A DNA stretch of 21,921 bases. It comes from Candidatus Dadabacteria bacterium. GTDB lineage: Bacteria > Desulfobacterota_D > UBA1144 > Nemesobacterales > CSP1-2. Below the pieces are notes generated by a model. That model had not been told where the DNA came from. It made no database searches and was given only the letters and a program-made list of their open reading frames with translations. The stretch is from contig PSLL01000028.1 of assembly GCA_040289575.1 (NCBI GenBank), positions 10,052 through 31,972 of the forward strand, written 5' to 3'. Positions 1 through 9,180 of this stretch are shown piece by piece; position 1 is the first letter of the stretch, and each line of letters begins with the position of its first letter. The translations under genes and the position numbers were made by a program.

Positions 1-2
1 CC

Positions 3-170
3 GCCCAGCCAAAGCAAGCACAAGTGGCAAAAGGGCCAGAGTCAGCAACCGTTGAAAAGCAGGAACCTAAGCAAGAACCCGAGCAAAAAAAGCAGTTCAG
101 CTTAGATTCAAAACCTGAGATTGCAAACAAGATGCAAGAAATGCGACAGAAAATGGAACTAGGTTTATAA
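3..170 (+). CDS. 3' end of a gene starting left of the window (low-complexity Q/E/K/P tail ending ...MQEMRQKMELGL); possibly a relaxase or other transfer substrate
   Basis: Open frame from position 3 to TAA at 168-170, followed by a terminator hairpin. The tail style resembles relaxase C-termini, but that is inference only. Confidence 0.6.
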   Translation, partial: AQPKQAQVAKGPESATVEKQEPKQEPEQKKQFSLDSKPEIANKMQEMRQKMELGL

Positions 171-175
171 ATCAC

Positions 176-199
176 AATGCCCCGTAATGGGGCATTTTT
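176..199. terminator. Intrinsic terminator between convergent genes
   Basis: AATGCCCC-gtaat-GGGGCATT followed by T residues, between stops at 170 (+) and 201 (-). Confidence 0.8.
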
Positions 200-200
200 A

Positions 201-920
201 TTAGTGGAAAAATTTACTCACTGCTAGAACCAACATACCAGCACATGTCATTGCACCAAACCAAATAGAAAAATCTCTTTTAGCTTTTTTCATGTTCCAC
301 AGATCCAGCAATTCACGTTGATTACGCTTGTGATTGTTATAAACCCTATTCATGTGTGCACTAATTGATTTTTCAAGAATTGGTGGAACTACTTTTGCCG
401 CTAATGATGCAACAAGCTCCTCTACTCTACTCTCAGCAATTTGCATTCTATGAGCATGCATAGTGTCAATTGCTTTATCAGTTGCATCCATTCTTAAGTC
501 ATAGCGTTTCTGCATACCTTTCTCAGATTCGTCCAGGAACACTGCCAGATTGGTAAATGTATCAATGAATTTCTGCAACACATTATTGGTTCGGTCAGTA
601 AGGCCCGTAGCGACCTCCTTACACTCGTAGAGCTTGTTATTGATAAGAGACTCAAGTGAACCTTGCAATGCTCCTGTAGCCCCCTCAGTGACATCCACAA
701 TGTCATGCAAAAACCTTGTTTCCGTTTCAGTCATCCCCCGTAACGAACTCAAGTTCATGTAAGTCAAAATGAACATGCCCTCAAGCTGTTCGTTACCCCT
801 AACCCCAAATTGTTCAGCAAATTGACGAACCGATTTGCGTTGAGTCTCATCTTTGATAGTGTCAAAAAAATCATCAATGCTATTTATATGTTCCAACCCT
901 TTTATTTTATGAAATTCCAT
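201..920 (-). CDS. Hypothetical alpha-helical/coiled-coil protein with a C-terminal transmembrane anchor (loosely TraM/Mob accessory-like architecture)
   Basis: 239-aa ORF; GGGGGA-type RBS upstream on the minus strand; C-terminal FSIWFGAMTCAGMLVLAV hydrophobic segment; divergent from the coupling-protein operon. Confidence 0.7.
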   Translation of the reverse strand: MEFHKIKGLEHINSIDDFFDTIKDETQRKSVRQFAEQFGVRGNEQLEGMFILTYMNLSSLRGMTETETRFLHDIVDVTEGATGALQGSLESLINNKLYECKEVATGLTDRTNNVLQKFIDTFTNLAVFLDESEKGMQKRYDLRMDATDKAIDTMHAHRMQIAESRVEELVASLAAKVVPPILEKSISAHMNRVYNNHKRNQRELLDLWNMKKAKRDFSIWFGAMTCAGMLVLAVSKFFH

Positions 921-960
921 TTATCCCCCATTTTTATTTTTCGTTATCTGTTATTCACTC

Positions 961-998
961 TTTACAATCAGTTAATTTTTAGTATAGTAGAAAAATAC
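961..998 (+). promoter_or_regulatory. Family promoter P1 with overlapping palindromic operator
   Basis: TTTACA (961-966), 16 bp, TATAGT (983-988); GTATA-N7-AATAC at 982-998; AGGAG RBS before ATG 1024. Confidence 0.65.
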
Positions 999-1023
999 AA
1001 AATAACAATAGGAGTAGTGAAAA

Positions 1024-1377
1024 ATGCAAATAAATAATTTACAGGATTTAGTAGTTGAGTTGGTATCCAACGGGGTTGATTGCACATATGTGGAAAAGTT
1101 CAACAGCATATTCATCAACGATGTTGAGTCACCAAATTACACACGCTCTATATATGAGTCAAAAAGAAATTTTTTGATTAGTGTGAAAATTAAAGGCAAA
1201 CCTACGAAAGACCATAATCCAACTGAGAAAGCAGAATGTTACGTAATCAAGGATGAAATAACAAAAAACTTAAACGCACTTGAAATATACAACTTTCCAT
1301 TATTTAAACCAGCCGCAGAAAAGCCAAATACAGTTGCAAATCCAACAGCAAATGAGAATGACCCGTTTCAGAATTGA
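1024..1377 (+). CDS. Hypothetical protein, first gene of the coupling-protein operon
   Basis: 117-aa ORF with AGGAG RBS downstream of P1. Confidence 0.75.
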   Translation: MQINNLQDLVVELVSNGVDCTYVEKFNSIFINDVESPNYTRSIYESKRNFLISVKIKGKPTKDHNPTEKAECYVIKDEITKNLNALEIYNFPLFKPAAEKPNTVANPTANENDPFQN

Positions 1378-1401
1378 ACTACTAATATAGAAAGGAACAA
1401 T

Positions 1402-2127
1402 ATGACAGCAATCGCACAGAAAAAAACGATGGTAGAGATGGTAGAAAATGCAGTAGCAGAAATGTCTGCACCGGAACCTATCAATGATTTGATTTATGAA
1501 CAAGCCAGCAAGATTGAAAATTCAGAGGAACTAAACAAGTTCATCATGGATAACGACCCTAGAAACCATGTGGAGAATTTTTTACACCGCTACAACTTGT
1601 GGGCATTGAATCCAACAAAGGATTTGAAACACATTTCTCTACAAAGCAGATTACGCACAATCTTTGGTTCAGTGTTCTATGGCACGCCGTCAAGTTTAGG
1701 AATGCCACACTATTTTTACTACAACGACAAAGACAAAATTCTTTGCTCACCGTTTCACTACAACACAAAAACTATTGATGACTACGATGTGTCAAGGTTC
1801 ATTTTATATACGAACCGATTTGCACACAATTTTAGGAAAGCAGCAGTTAACAAAATTTGTCTAGGGTTTTTAGCTTTTTCATTTTTAGCAGGATTAACCC
1901 AATACGGAGTTGTAAAGACCGGGGACTTAGTTGGACAGGCGAAAGGATATTTTGAACAGAAAGCGAACGTTAAACTTAGTAAACAGCAGCAGATTGACAA
2001 CCTGGTCACTCAAGGCAAACAGCTAATTGCACAACGCACATCAAATGAAATCACAGCAGAACAATTCAACGAGCGTGTCAAAGCTTTACAAGCTCAAGAA
2101 CAACAAATTAACGCACAAGGACAATAA
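1402..2127 (+). CDS. Hypothetical membrane-anchored protein with a C-terminal Q-rich coiled coil
   Basis: 241-aa ORF; AAAGGA RBS; TM segment ICLGFLAFSFLAGL; ends 2 bp before the coupling-protein gene. Confidence 0.8.
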   Translation: MTAIAQKKTMVEMVENAVAEMSAPEPINDLIYEQASKIENSEELNKFIMDNDPRNHVENFLHRYNLWALNPTKDLKHISLQSRLRTIFGSVFYGTPSSLGMPHYFYYNDKDKILCSPFHYNTKTIDDYDVSRFILYTNRFAHNFRKAAVNKICLGFLAFSFLAGLTQYGVVKTGDLVGQAKGYFEQKANVKLSKQQQIDNLVTQGKQLIAQRTSNEITAEQFNERVKALQAQEQQINAQGQ

Positions 2128-2129
2128 TC

Positions 2130-4382
2130 ATGAATTTAAAAGACATACTAAAAAGATGGAAACCTATCTCAGTATTTATGAGAGTGGATAAATTAAAGCA
2201 GGAGTCATTGGATTGGACAAACGAGGTGACTCAACGAGGTGGCGTTTACTCAAGCTCTATCGTTCCGAAAGATTTACGCAACACAAAAGGCCGTTCAATC
2301 CTGACTCGTTCAGGAAAGTTAGTTGCAGGCGTAACACTATTTAGAGACTGGAACAAAGGAGAGGATGCAGGTATTAACCCATTGATCATGGCAATGATTT
2401 TTGGGGCAATGATTTCATACAACGTGTTTCATACAATCTTTTCTAGTAACGATCCTACTAGCTTTATTCAAATAGGATTTACTGCCTTTATTTTCTTGGT
2501 TGCATACTTACTAACAATGTCACCAACATTCTTTGACATCTTGATTATCGGTGCAATGTTCGCTGCAACTTTCGGAGCTATGACACTTGGAGCACATACA
2601 TTGCTAGGTTCTATTTTGTCATACGCTGCACCAGCTATGTTCATTTTTGGCAGTAACAAGTTAAGGGACAACCGCAGAGCAAAATTGTTACGATTCCAAG
2701 CAAGTGAACACATGGACACAATGGGCGAGGCACACATTGAAAATAATGAAACTGGTAACCCGCTTGTAGTCCAAATAAACAAAGCACTAAAAGACAGGAC
2801 AGCATTTATTCAACTTGGAACTGCAACAGGAACATTCCAAAAGAACGGTGACATGAATGCACCCGAACCAGGCACAGAATTTGGCTTGACTATTGATGAC
2901 CTATCTAGAGGAGCTTTGATTTTAGGAAAATCTGGAACCGGTAAGTCTTTTACATTGCGTCATATTTTGAAAGGTGTTGTAGACGGTTTCCAAGTTCAAG
3001 GCAAAAAAATCGGTATGTTCATTACATGCGGTAAAGGTGAGTTGGCCCATGAGGTGGCACCATTTCTTGATGTCATCATCAATCCTGAAACAGTTAAGAA
3101 CTTGAACATCATTGAGAACCTATCACCTGAAAACTACACAAAGATTATTGCTGACGAAAATGGAGCCAACAAAGTAACTGGTGACAACAAAATTTTCGTA
3201 GACAGTGCATTTGAGGGCACATATTACGGTAGCGTAGTTCATGAACTGTTGAAAGACATCCGTGACCAAATTCCAGGCTACAAATACAACCTTACATACC
3301 GTAGATTGGTGAGTCGTAAGTGTTTTGAACTTGGGAATATAGACAGCAACGGAAATTTAGTGAGTCACCCATTGATTGACGCTTTGAAAGCACATCCTGA
3401 ATTCGGAACAAATATCCAAATCAATGATGCGATTGATTTCATAACCAGCAATCAAAATGAGACTGTGCAAAAAATGCTACAAGGAATCAACAAACAGATG
3501 GATTCTTGGATAAGTGGAATTTTTCAAAGCAAAGGCTTACGAGCATGGGCAGATTGTGAGACAAGTGATTTTGACTTGAACCAGGTTGCATACGGCTTGA
3601 AAGTTGGCGTGGCTCTTTCACCAGAACAATACGGAAAAGCAGGAACAATCATCACACAATTATTGAAAGCTAAAATGCGAAATGTTTTTGCTAAACGCAG
3701 TTACTCTTGGAGAGAGGATGACCCAAAGGCAACATCAATCATAAACATGAGTGATGAGGTTCAAGATTTAATTAATGACACTGACCTTGACAATATCTTG
3801 AAAGACCGTAGCCGTGGAGTTATCAATATTTTTGCAACACAAGGATTGACAAACTTAGATGAACGTTTAGGTAGTCCAGAAAGAACAAATAAGCTTTTAC
3901 TTGGTATGTCAACAATTGGCTCATTCATGACAGACGACAAGAGAACAACTGATTTCTTACAGCATTTAGCCGGTCATGTTCGTTTTGTGACCAGCACAAT
4001 TGACACAGGGGCAGCTATTGACTTTAAACACACTAACCAAGTTTTCTTACGTAGTCCAGAGTTTGACAGCAACCATCCAGAGGCTGCATACATGAAACGC
4101 AGTGGTGGACAGTCAATCATTCACTCTGCAAACGAGGTGTTAGGAGTGAAATATACAGGTGGTTTTGGTGGAAAGTTTGTGCGTAAAACACATGCAGAAT
4201 TTAACTCATTTGCAACATACAACGCAGATGCAAACAATCCAATCCGTCCATTATTGTCTGACATTGATTTTAAACACCTTGAGGTTCCACAGCATGCATT
4301 TTTCCGAGTAATGAGAGCAGGTATGCCAAGAGCGGACATCATTAAAGTGAAAGGTATCAGTGCAGCGGAATTGAGAAAATAA
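2130..4382 (+). CDS. Type IV secretion coupling protein (VirD4/TraD-like ATPase)
   Basis: 750 aa; N-terminal TM cluster; Walker A LILGKSGTGKS; Walker B IINMSDEVQD; RSRGVINIFATQG motif typical of T4CP/TraD C-terminal domains. Confidence 0.85.
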   Translation: MNLKDILKRWKPISVFMRVDKLKQESLDWTNEVTQRGGVYSSSIVPKDLRNTKGRSILTRSGKLVAGVTLFRDWNKGEDAGINPLIMAMIFGAMISYNVFHTIFSSNDPTSFIQIGFTAFIFLVAYLLTMSPTFFDILIIGAMFAATFGAMTLGAHTLLGSILSYAAPAMFIFGSNKLRDNRRAKLLRFQASEHMDTMGEAHIENNETGNPLVVQINKALKDRTAFIQLGTATGTFQKNGDMNAPEPGTEFGLTIDDLSRGALILGKSGTGKSFTLRHILKGVVDGFQVQGKKIGMFITCGKGELAHEVAPFLDVIINPETVKNLNIIENLSPENYTKIIADENGANKVTGDNKIFVDSAFEGTYYGSVVHELLKDIRDQIPGYKYNLTYRRLVSRKCFELGNIDSNGNLVSHPLIDALKAHPEFGTNIQINDAIDFITSNQNETVQKMLQGINKQMDSWISGIFQSKGLRAWADCETSDFDLNQVAYGLKVGVALSPEQYGKAGTIITQLLKAKMRNVFAKRSYSWREDDPKATSIINMSDEVQDLINDTDLDNILKDRSRGVINIFATQGLTNLDERLGSPERTNKLLLGMSTIGSFMTDDKRTTDFLQHLAGHVRFVTSTIDTGAAIDFKHTNQVFLRSPEFDSNHPEAAYMKRSGGQSIIHSANEVLGVKYTGGFGGKFVRKTHAEFNSFATYNADANNPIRPLLSDIDFKHLEVPQHAFFRVMRAGMPRADIIKVKGISAAELRK

Positions 4383-4389
4383 GGAAAAT

Positions 4390-5481
4390 ATGAAAATAAA
4401 AACACTAACACTAATAATAGTCATGGCACTTGCAGGATGTTCAAAAGAGCAAGCAGCAGAGTCAAAATTGGATTTTTTGAACCATACGGCAAGCATACAG
4501 AGCAGGGGGGAGAAATCCCCTCCTCCTGGTGCTGTCAAAACAGAGACAGCCAAGAGTTCCACCGACCAAAAGCAACTTGGTAGCAGCAAGATTATCTACA
4601 GCAAAAATGAGTTCGGTATCTCACGCCAGGTAGCCATCAAAGAGTTCAACCAGGCACACTACTTTGAGAGCATTGTCAGTGAGGTTGAGGGGTTCAGATC
4701 CCATTTCTACCATGACAATATTGGAAATGCTATTGGTAACGGGTTTAATGCCAGTTTTCAAACAAAAACTAACAATGTCAAATGGGCTACAGCGGCAGGT
4801 ATCGCACCAAGCATGGTTCAGAGCATCGCTAGTCTATCCAACACTGCGAACAATCCGAATCAACCTGTCCCTCGTGATGTAGTCATCACTCCCGAACAGG
4901 CAAGTTCGCTAGTAAATTCCATGCGTCCAAGTTTCCAGCAATACGTGGAAAAATACGTTGGCGCCGCAGCATGGAGCAAGTTGAATGACAATCAAAAGGC
5001 CGTACTCAGCTATCACGTTTTGAAAGTAGGACCAGGAGGAGCAGCCAAATATACGGGACTATATGCAGCAGTAAGAGCTTATGCAGCCAATCCTAGCTTA
5101 GAGAATGCTAAGGCCGCAGCTAGTCACATTGATTACAGCTATAAGCTCAATGGTCAGGTCATGCACGATCACCGCTCACAACTCTATATGTCAGCATTGT
5201 TCGTTGATCCAAAGGCATACGGCTACCTACTTGGAACCACAGCAGCACCCGCAAATTTCAAAGAGATTGCAGCCGTTGCACAAATGAACATTGACACAAC
5301 AAAACCGGCAGAAAGCCAAGTTCAGGAGCAGGATATTTTTGGAAAAACCAAGGATGACGCTTTCAGTAAAGGTCAACCGTTAGACCTACAACCAATGCTT
5401 GATGGTAAGCCCTTGAAAATTGGGCCTGTTGAAAACACCTATAGAAATGAAAATCCAAGAGCAAATGCACAGTATATGTAA
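4390..5481 (+). CDS. Lipoprotein with a T4/GH24-like lysozyme (muramidase) domain
   Basis: Lipobox LAGC after a hydrophobic signal; VEGFRSHFYHDNIGNAIGNG matches the EG-x-R-x3-Y-x-D-x2-G-..-IGxG lysozyme motif; later AWSKLNDNQKAVL resembles the GH24 helix. Confidence 0.75.
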   Translation: MKIKTLTLIIVMALAGCSKEQAAESKLDFLNHTASIQSRGEKSPPPGAVKTETAKSSTDQKQLGSSKIIYSKNEFGISRQVAIKEFNQAHYFESIVSEVEGFRSHFYHDNIGNAIGNGFNASFQTKTNNVKWATAAGIAPSMVQSIASLSNTANNPNQPVPRDVVITPEQASSLVNSMRPSFQQYVEKYVGAAAWSKLNDNQKAVLSYHVLKVGPGGAAKYTGLYAAVRAYAANPSLENAKAAASHIDYSYKLNGQVMHDHRSQLYMSALFVDPKAYGYLLGTTAAPANFKEIAAVAQMNIDTTKPAESQVQEQDIFGKTKDDAFSKGQPLDLQPMLDGKPLKIGPVENTYRNENPRANAQYM

Positions 5482-5494
5482 TCAGCCTTCAATC

Positions 5495-5525
5495 AAAAAA
5501 GACCTCCTACATGGAGGTTTTTTTT
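5495..5525 (+). terminator. Intrinsic terminator
   Basis: AAAAAAGACCTCC-tacat-GGAGGTTTTTTTT after the stop at 5481. Confidence 0.85.
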
Positions 5526-5550
5526 CTTCATTTGACATGCTCAAAAATAC

Positions 5551-5967
5551 ATGCCGACAGCAGAGGCATCACAACTACAACCAGCAGTTGATGGAGCTAC
5601 AGCGGTAGTGGAAAAAGTAGCCAAAGCAGTGAGAAAAGCAACAACAGGCATCATGCAGTTAGGCAAAAAGGATGGCATCACAGTTGAGACATCAAGATTT
5701 TTGACAGGTGAGGATTACAAAAATACGGCAGTGGCAAGAAAAGACTCTGTTCTATCGCACATGAAAATTGATGCTGCCAAGGTCAAATTTATTGACGGTC
5801 AAACTTTCGGAGCGGTTGAAAAAGGAACTACCAAATACATGTCTTTTGATGAAAAAGGCAAAGTGAAAGAAATTAATGCTGCATACAACAAAGCAGTAAC
5901 GCAAGCTAAAAAAGAGGAATCTAAAGTCACTCAAGCACCTACCAAAAAAGCTGAACTTGCAATCTAA
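5551..5967 (+). CDS. Basic hypothetical protein (faintly KfrB-domain-like); start uncertain
   Basis: 138-aa ORF with element-like codon usage, followed by a terminator; no clear RBS at 5551. Confidence 0.6.
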   Translation: MPTAEASQLQPAVDGATAVVEKVAKAVRKATTGIMQLGKKDGITVETSRFLTGEDYKNTAVARKDSVLSHMKIDAAKVKFIDGQTFGAVEKGTTKYMSFDEKGKVKEINAAYNKAVTQAKKEESKVTQAPTKKAELAI

Positions 5968-5983
5968 ATTTACCAATCACCAT

Positions 5984-6017
5984 GAGCCCAAGCTTAAACA
6001 CTTGGGTTTTTCTTTTT
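5984..6017 (+). terminator. Intrinsic terminator
   Basis: GAGCCCAAG-cttaaaca-CTTGGGTTT followed by a T-rich tail. Confidence 0.75.
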
Positions 6018-6026
6018 CAAAAATGC

Positions 6027-6064
6027 TTGATTATCGTTCTGGATTTTGTATAACTAATATATAC
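6027..6064 (+). promoter_or_regulatory. Family promoter P2 with palindromic operator
   Basis: TTGATT (6027-6032), 16 bp, TATAAC (6049-6054); perfect GTATA-N7-TATAC at 6048-6064; AGGAG RBS. Confidence 0.65.
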
Positions 6065-6081
6065 ACAACAGGAGAAAAAAT

Positions 6082-6270
6082 ATGCAGAACGAAAACCAGA
6101 CATTACCTGAACCATTTTTTGTGCTCAAATTTTACAATGAGTCAATCAGCTTTGCTACATTATCCGATGCATACCGTTTCATGAATTGTGAAGATGTAGG
6201 CTTTGGCGAAATTCACGAAATGACAGATGGAATTTTGAAAAACATTCACGCAGAGGACAAAAATGATTAA
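6082..6270 (+). CDS. Small acidic hypothetical protein
   Basis: 62-aa ORF with a strong CAGGAG RBS; overlaps the next start. Confidence 0.7.
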   Translation: MQNENQTLPEPFFVLKFYNESISFATLSDAYRFMNCEDVGFGEIHEMTDGILKNIHAEDKND

Positions 6271-6502
6271 GGATAACGGGACGAACAACACAAGCATGAA
6301 AAAACAGGCGGCAACCAATGGCATAATTTTGGTTTTGCTTTTTATGATCATTGTTCAAATCAAAGGTATTGGCGACAACCTAGCGGCATACCGTGAACAA
6401 GCTGTCAAAGAAAAACTTTCCAAATCATCCATGCAGGTTCTACAAAGAGACACAAAACCAACCTTAGAAAAAGACTTGGTATACGAGAAAGGAGCAAAAT
6501 GA
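6263..6502 (+). CDS. Small single-pass membrane protein
   Basis: 79 aa; GAGGA RBS; TM segment GIILVLLFMIIV; ATGA overlap with the next gene. Confidence 0.7.
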   Translation: MIKDNGTNNTSMKKQAATNGIILVLLFMIIVQIKGIGDNLAAYREQAVKEKLSKSSMQVLQRDTKPTLEKDLVYEKGAK

Positions 6503-7152
6503 TTATGGACAACAAAATATGGCTTGATGAAATCACGCAGCTTGAGGAACGAGTAGCAGCGAACTACGGCAGTGCAGTTGTAGCTGTTGTAAACTACATA
6601 CGCATTAATGATGAGTTGAAAAATGACACAGATTTGTCATTGATTGCAGTTACGGGAAATTCAGACAACGCAAAATATCTACCAGAACACATGAAAACAA
6701 CAGTTTTTTGCAACAAGGCTTATCAACTCAATCCAAATGTTTTCCCATACTTGGCAGACAAGCTTTCCTATGATGTGGTAATGGATGCATTGAAAGCGAC
6801 ACCTGACATTTTTGACCAGCTACCAGACAGTCTTAAAAGTGACCGTAAATTTTGTCTTGATGCAGTCATGCAAAATCCCGAGGTTTTCCCACACTTGGAC
6901 AGTCATCACCAGTGTGACAAGCTCATTGCTTTCCATGCCATCAACGGCGATTCCGCAACGAGTCCCAACCTAGTCAGCCCATACCAAGAGAACTTATTCT
7001 TGCTTGGGATTAAGTTGAAAGGTGAGCTATTTGCAGCGGGAGCAACCGAGTTTGATGCCGCAAAAAAATACTTAAGCAGTGCCACACTATCGGACAAGCT
7101 AACTGCCAATTTGCCACAGAAACAACGGCAACACCAAAAATTAAAGATATGA
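6499..7152 (+). CDS. DUF4116-type repeat protein with a basic C-terminal tail
   Basis: Repeats of about 25 aa such as FDQLPDSLKSDRKFCLDAVMQNPEVFPHL; AAAGGAG RBS; tail LSDKLTANLPQKQRQHQKLKI. Confidence 0.7.
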   Translation: MIMDNKIWLDEITQLEERVAANYGSAVVAVVNYIRINDELKNDTDLSLIAVTGNSDNAKYLPEHMKTTVFCNKAYQLNPNVFPYLADKLSYDVVMDALKATPDIFDQLPDSLKSDRKFCLDAVMQNPEVFPHLDSHHQCDKLIAFHAINGDSATSPNLVSPYQENLFLLGIKLKGELFAAGATEFDAAKKYLSSATLSDKLTANLPQKQRQHQKLKI

Positions 7153-7155
7153 AAT

Positions 7156-7176
7156 AGCCCCTTACGGGGCTTTTTT
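7156..7176 (+). terminator. Intrinsic terminator
   Basis: AGCCCC-ttac-GGGGCT followed by TTTTT. Confidence 0.85.
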
Positions 7177-7224
7177 AGTCAGTATAAACATACCAAAATG
7201 CAACAAATAAGCAAGGGTTAGGAC

Positions 7225-7262
7225 TTGATTTCCGCGCAATTTTTCGTATTGTATAAAAATAC
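7225..7262 (+). promoter_or_regulatory. Family promoter P3 with palindromic operator
   Basis: TTGATT (7225-7230), 16 bp, TATTGT; 18-mer AATTTTTCGTATTGTATA at 7238-7255; GTATT-N7-AATAC at 7246-7262. Confidence 0.75.
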
Positions 7263-7280
7263 AACTATAAGGTTCCGCAT

Positions 7281-7559
7281 ATGCTTACAAAAAAAGAAAA
7301 ATCAAATCATGAAAGGTTTCCCTACAAATGGGTATTCCTGACACCACCAATCATCATCACATATATAGCATGGTATCTATTAAAACTTTGTGCTTACGGA
7401 TGTTCTAAAGTTTTGGATTGGGCCTTTGACATAGAGGACGATGGCGAACCAAACAAAAAAACCATGTTACGTGAAACGTTGCTTGAACATGAGCGAACAT
7501 TCACAGCCGCAGTCTGCATTTTAGGAATAGCCCTAACAATCATTTCAGCAATCCAATAA
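7281..7559 (+). CDS. Small two-TM membrane protein
   Basis: 92 aa; two hydrophobic segments; TAAGG RBS. Confidence 0.7.
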   Translation: MLTKKEKSNHERFPYKWVFLTPPIIITYIAWYLLKLCAYGCSKVLDWAFDIEDDGEPNKKTMLRETLLEHERTFTAAVCILGIALTIISAIQ

Positions 7560-7590
7560 ACCACTTAACCGAACAACCAGGGGAACAACG

Positions 7591-7980
7591 ATGGAAAAAA
7601 TTTATTCAATGAAAGGAGCAGTTTTCAAGAATATGGAAACCGCTCAAAAACTTGCGACTATTGCTAATAGACTTAAGATATGCAACAAGACAGCCCTGAA
7701 ATTTTGCATCTACTATGCATATGGCTTTGAGTCATACAAGTGCGTAACAAAAGGATCGGAAAACAACGAAAGCGTGGAAAAAATCACTGTGCCGTTTTCA
7801 GTTGTAAAGACAGAATTTGAGCCATCACAACTATCAATCCTAGAGACATGGATGCACAAAGAAAAGATAAATTTCTCACAACTGGCAGAGAATAGCATTG
7901 ACAAGGTGACGGAGGACTACAAGACCGGAGTAGTTACCCACAATATTAGACTCTACCAATTTTTCCCACACCTAAAATAA
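7591..7980 (+). CDS. Putative tandem ribbon-helix-helix DNA-binding protein
   Basis: 129 aa; two strand-helix-helix-like units (GAVFKNMETAQKLATIANRLKICNKTALKFCI and TVPF..EFEPSQLSILETWMHKEKINFSQLAENSI); AGGGGA RBS. Fold is inferred by eye. Confidence 0.5.
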   Translation: MEKIYSMKGAVFKNMETAQKLATIANRLKICNKTALKFCIYYAYGFESYKCVTKGSENNESVEKITVPFSVVKTEFEPSQLSILETWMHKEKINFSQLAENSIDKVTEDYKTGVVTHNIRLYQFFPHLK

Positions 7981-8005
7981 AAAGAGCCCCGACATAGGGG
8001 CTTTT
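7981..8005 (+). terminator. Intrinsic terminator
   Basis: AAAGAGCCCC-gacata-GGGGCTTTT. Confidence 0.8.
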
Positions 8006-8048
8006 CTATATCTCAGATATCCAAATTAAAATTAATTTTCCCAAAGAC

Positions 8049-8086
8049 TTGCTTTCTGTTGAATTTTTCGTATTGTATAGAAATAC
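8049..8086 (+). promoter_or_regulatory. Family promoter P4 with palindromic operator (ABC operon)
   Basis: TTGCTT (8049-8054), 16 bp, TATTGT; 18-mer at 8062-8079; GTATT-N7-AATAC at 8070-8086. Confidence 0.75.
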
Positions 8087-8107
8087 AAACAACCAAAAAG
8101 GAAAAGT

Positions 8108-9115
8108 ATGAAATCAAAAAACTTTATTATCGCAACAAGCATTTTATTTGCATCAGCAACTAGCGCATTTGCCGCTGACCCAATCACAGCACTCTATCAG
8201 CCTGGTTTGGCATATTTCCCAATTATGCACATGGAACACGCCAAGTTGTATGAGAAACACGCCGCATTGAAAGCAGCAGAAACAAAAATTGAATACAGAC
8301 AGGTTGCAGGACCCGGAAACATTGTTGACGGCTTACTTTCTAAGGCAGCAGTTCTCGGTTCAATGGGAGCCCCAAGTGTTCCCTTATTAGTAGCAAAAAC
8401 TGATGGTAAGTTTAAGGTTATGGATGGTTTAGCTTACATGCCTATGTTTTTGAATTCAAGCAATCCTAACGTGAAAACCTTAGCTGATTTCTTAAAACCA
8501 GAAAACGAGGGAAAAAACAAAATGGCTGTACCAACACCGAAAACATCAGTCCAAGCAGTTATGCTACAGATGGCAGCAGCTAACACCTTTGGTATTGCAA
8601 AGTATGACGTTTTGGACAAATTGACTGTAGCAATGAAACACCCTGATGCAACAGCATCAATGCTTTCATTTAAGACTGAAATCAACAACCATTTCACATC
8701 AGTTCCATTCCAAGAGCAAGAACTACGTGACGGTAAAGGAAAGATTCACAAGGTTGTTAGTTCATACGATGTCATGGGTGGTAAGTCATCATTCGTAGTT
8801 CAAATGGCGAGTGTTGAATGGGCTCAGAAAAATCCTAAAGAATTCCAAGCTTTCAAGGATGCTTACGAGGAAAGTATCACTTGGATCAACTCACATAAGG
8901 CAGAGGCAGCTAAAGAGTATGTTGAACTTTCAAAATCTAAGGATACACCAGCAGCCATTTTAGAGTTGTTAAACGATCCTGATATTGAGTTCAACCTAAA
9001 GCCAATTGGTTTGACCAAGGTTTCAAATTTCATGGCAAGTGTAAAAACTATCAAGTTTGCACCAACTTATAACCAGATGACTTTTGACCACTTGCACGGA
9101 AAAGGCGGTAACTAA
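8108..9115 (+). CDS. ABC transporter substrate-binding protein, NitT/TauT (SsuA/TauA-like) family
   Basis: Sec signal ending SAFA; QPGLAYFP and MKHPDA/HFTSVPFQ motifs; first gene of an SBP-ATPase-permease trio. Confidence 0.9.
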   Translation: MKSKNFIIATSILFASATSAFAADPITALYQPGLAYFPIMHMEHAKLYEKHAALKAAETKIEYRQVAGPGNIVDGLLSKAAVLGSMGAPSVPLLVAKTDGKFKVMDGLAYMPMFLNSSNPNVKTLADFLKPENEGKNKMAVPTPKTSVQAVMLQMAAANTFGIAKYDVLDKLTVAMKHPDATASMLSFKTEINNHFTSVPFQEQELRDGKGKIHKVVSSYDVMGGKSSFVVQMASVEWAQKNPKEFQAFKDAYEESITWINSHKAEAAKEYVELSKSKDTPAAILELLNDPDIEFNLKPIGLTKVSNFMASVKTIKFAPTYNQMTFDHLHGKGGN

Positions 9116-9132
9116 TAAATAGCTGCAAAAAA

Positions 9133-9159
9133 TGGCAACCATGATTTTTGAGGTTGCCA
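9133..9159 (+). promoter_or_regulatory. Intercistronic stem-loop after the SBP gene (likely mRNA stabiliser)
   Basis: TGGCAACC (9133-9140) / GGTTGCCA (9152-9159), no U tail; a typical position in ABC importer operons. Confidence 0.5.
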
Positions 9160-9180
9160 ACTAATAATAAGGATAATGAC

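Noticed and set aside
4390..5481. Phage lysis cassette or prophage call
   Set aside because: The lysozyme-like protein is a lipoprotein in an operon with a coupling ATPase; no holin, spanin or virion genes are visible.
9131..9141. 11-bp match (AATGGCAACCA) to the attP tandem repeat on the opposite strand
   Set aside because: Some match of this length is expected by chance in 22 kb, and the site is explained as an intercistronic stem-loop.
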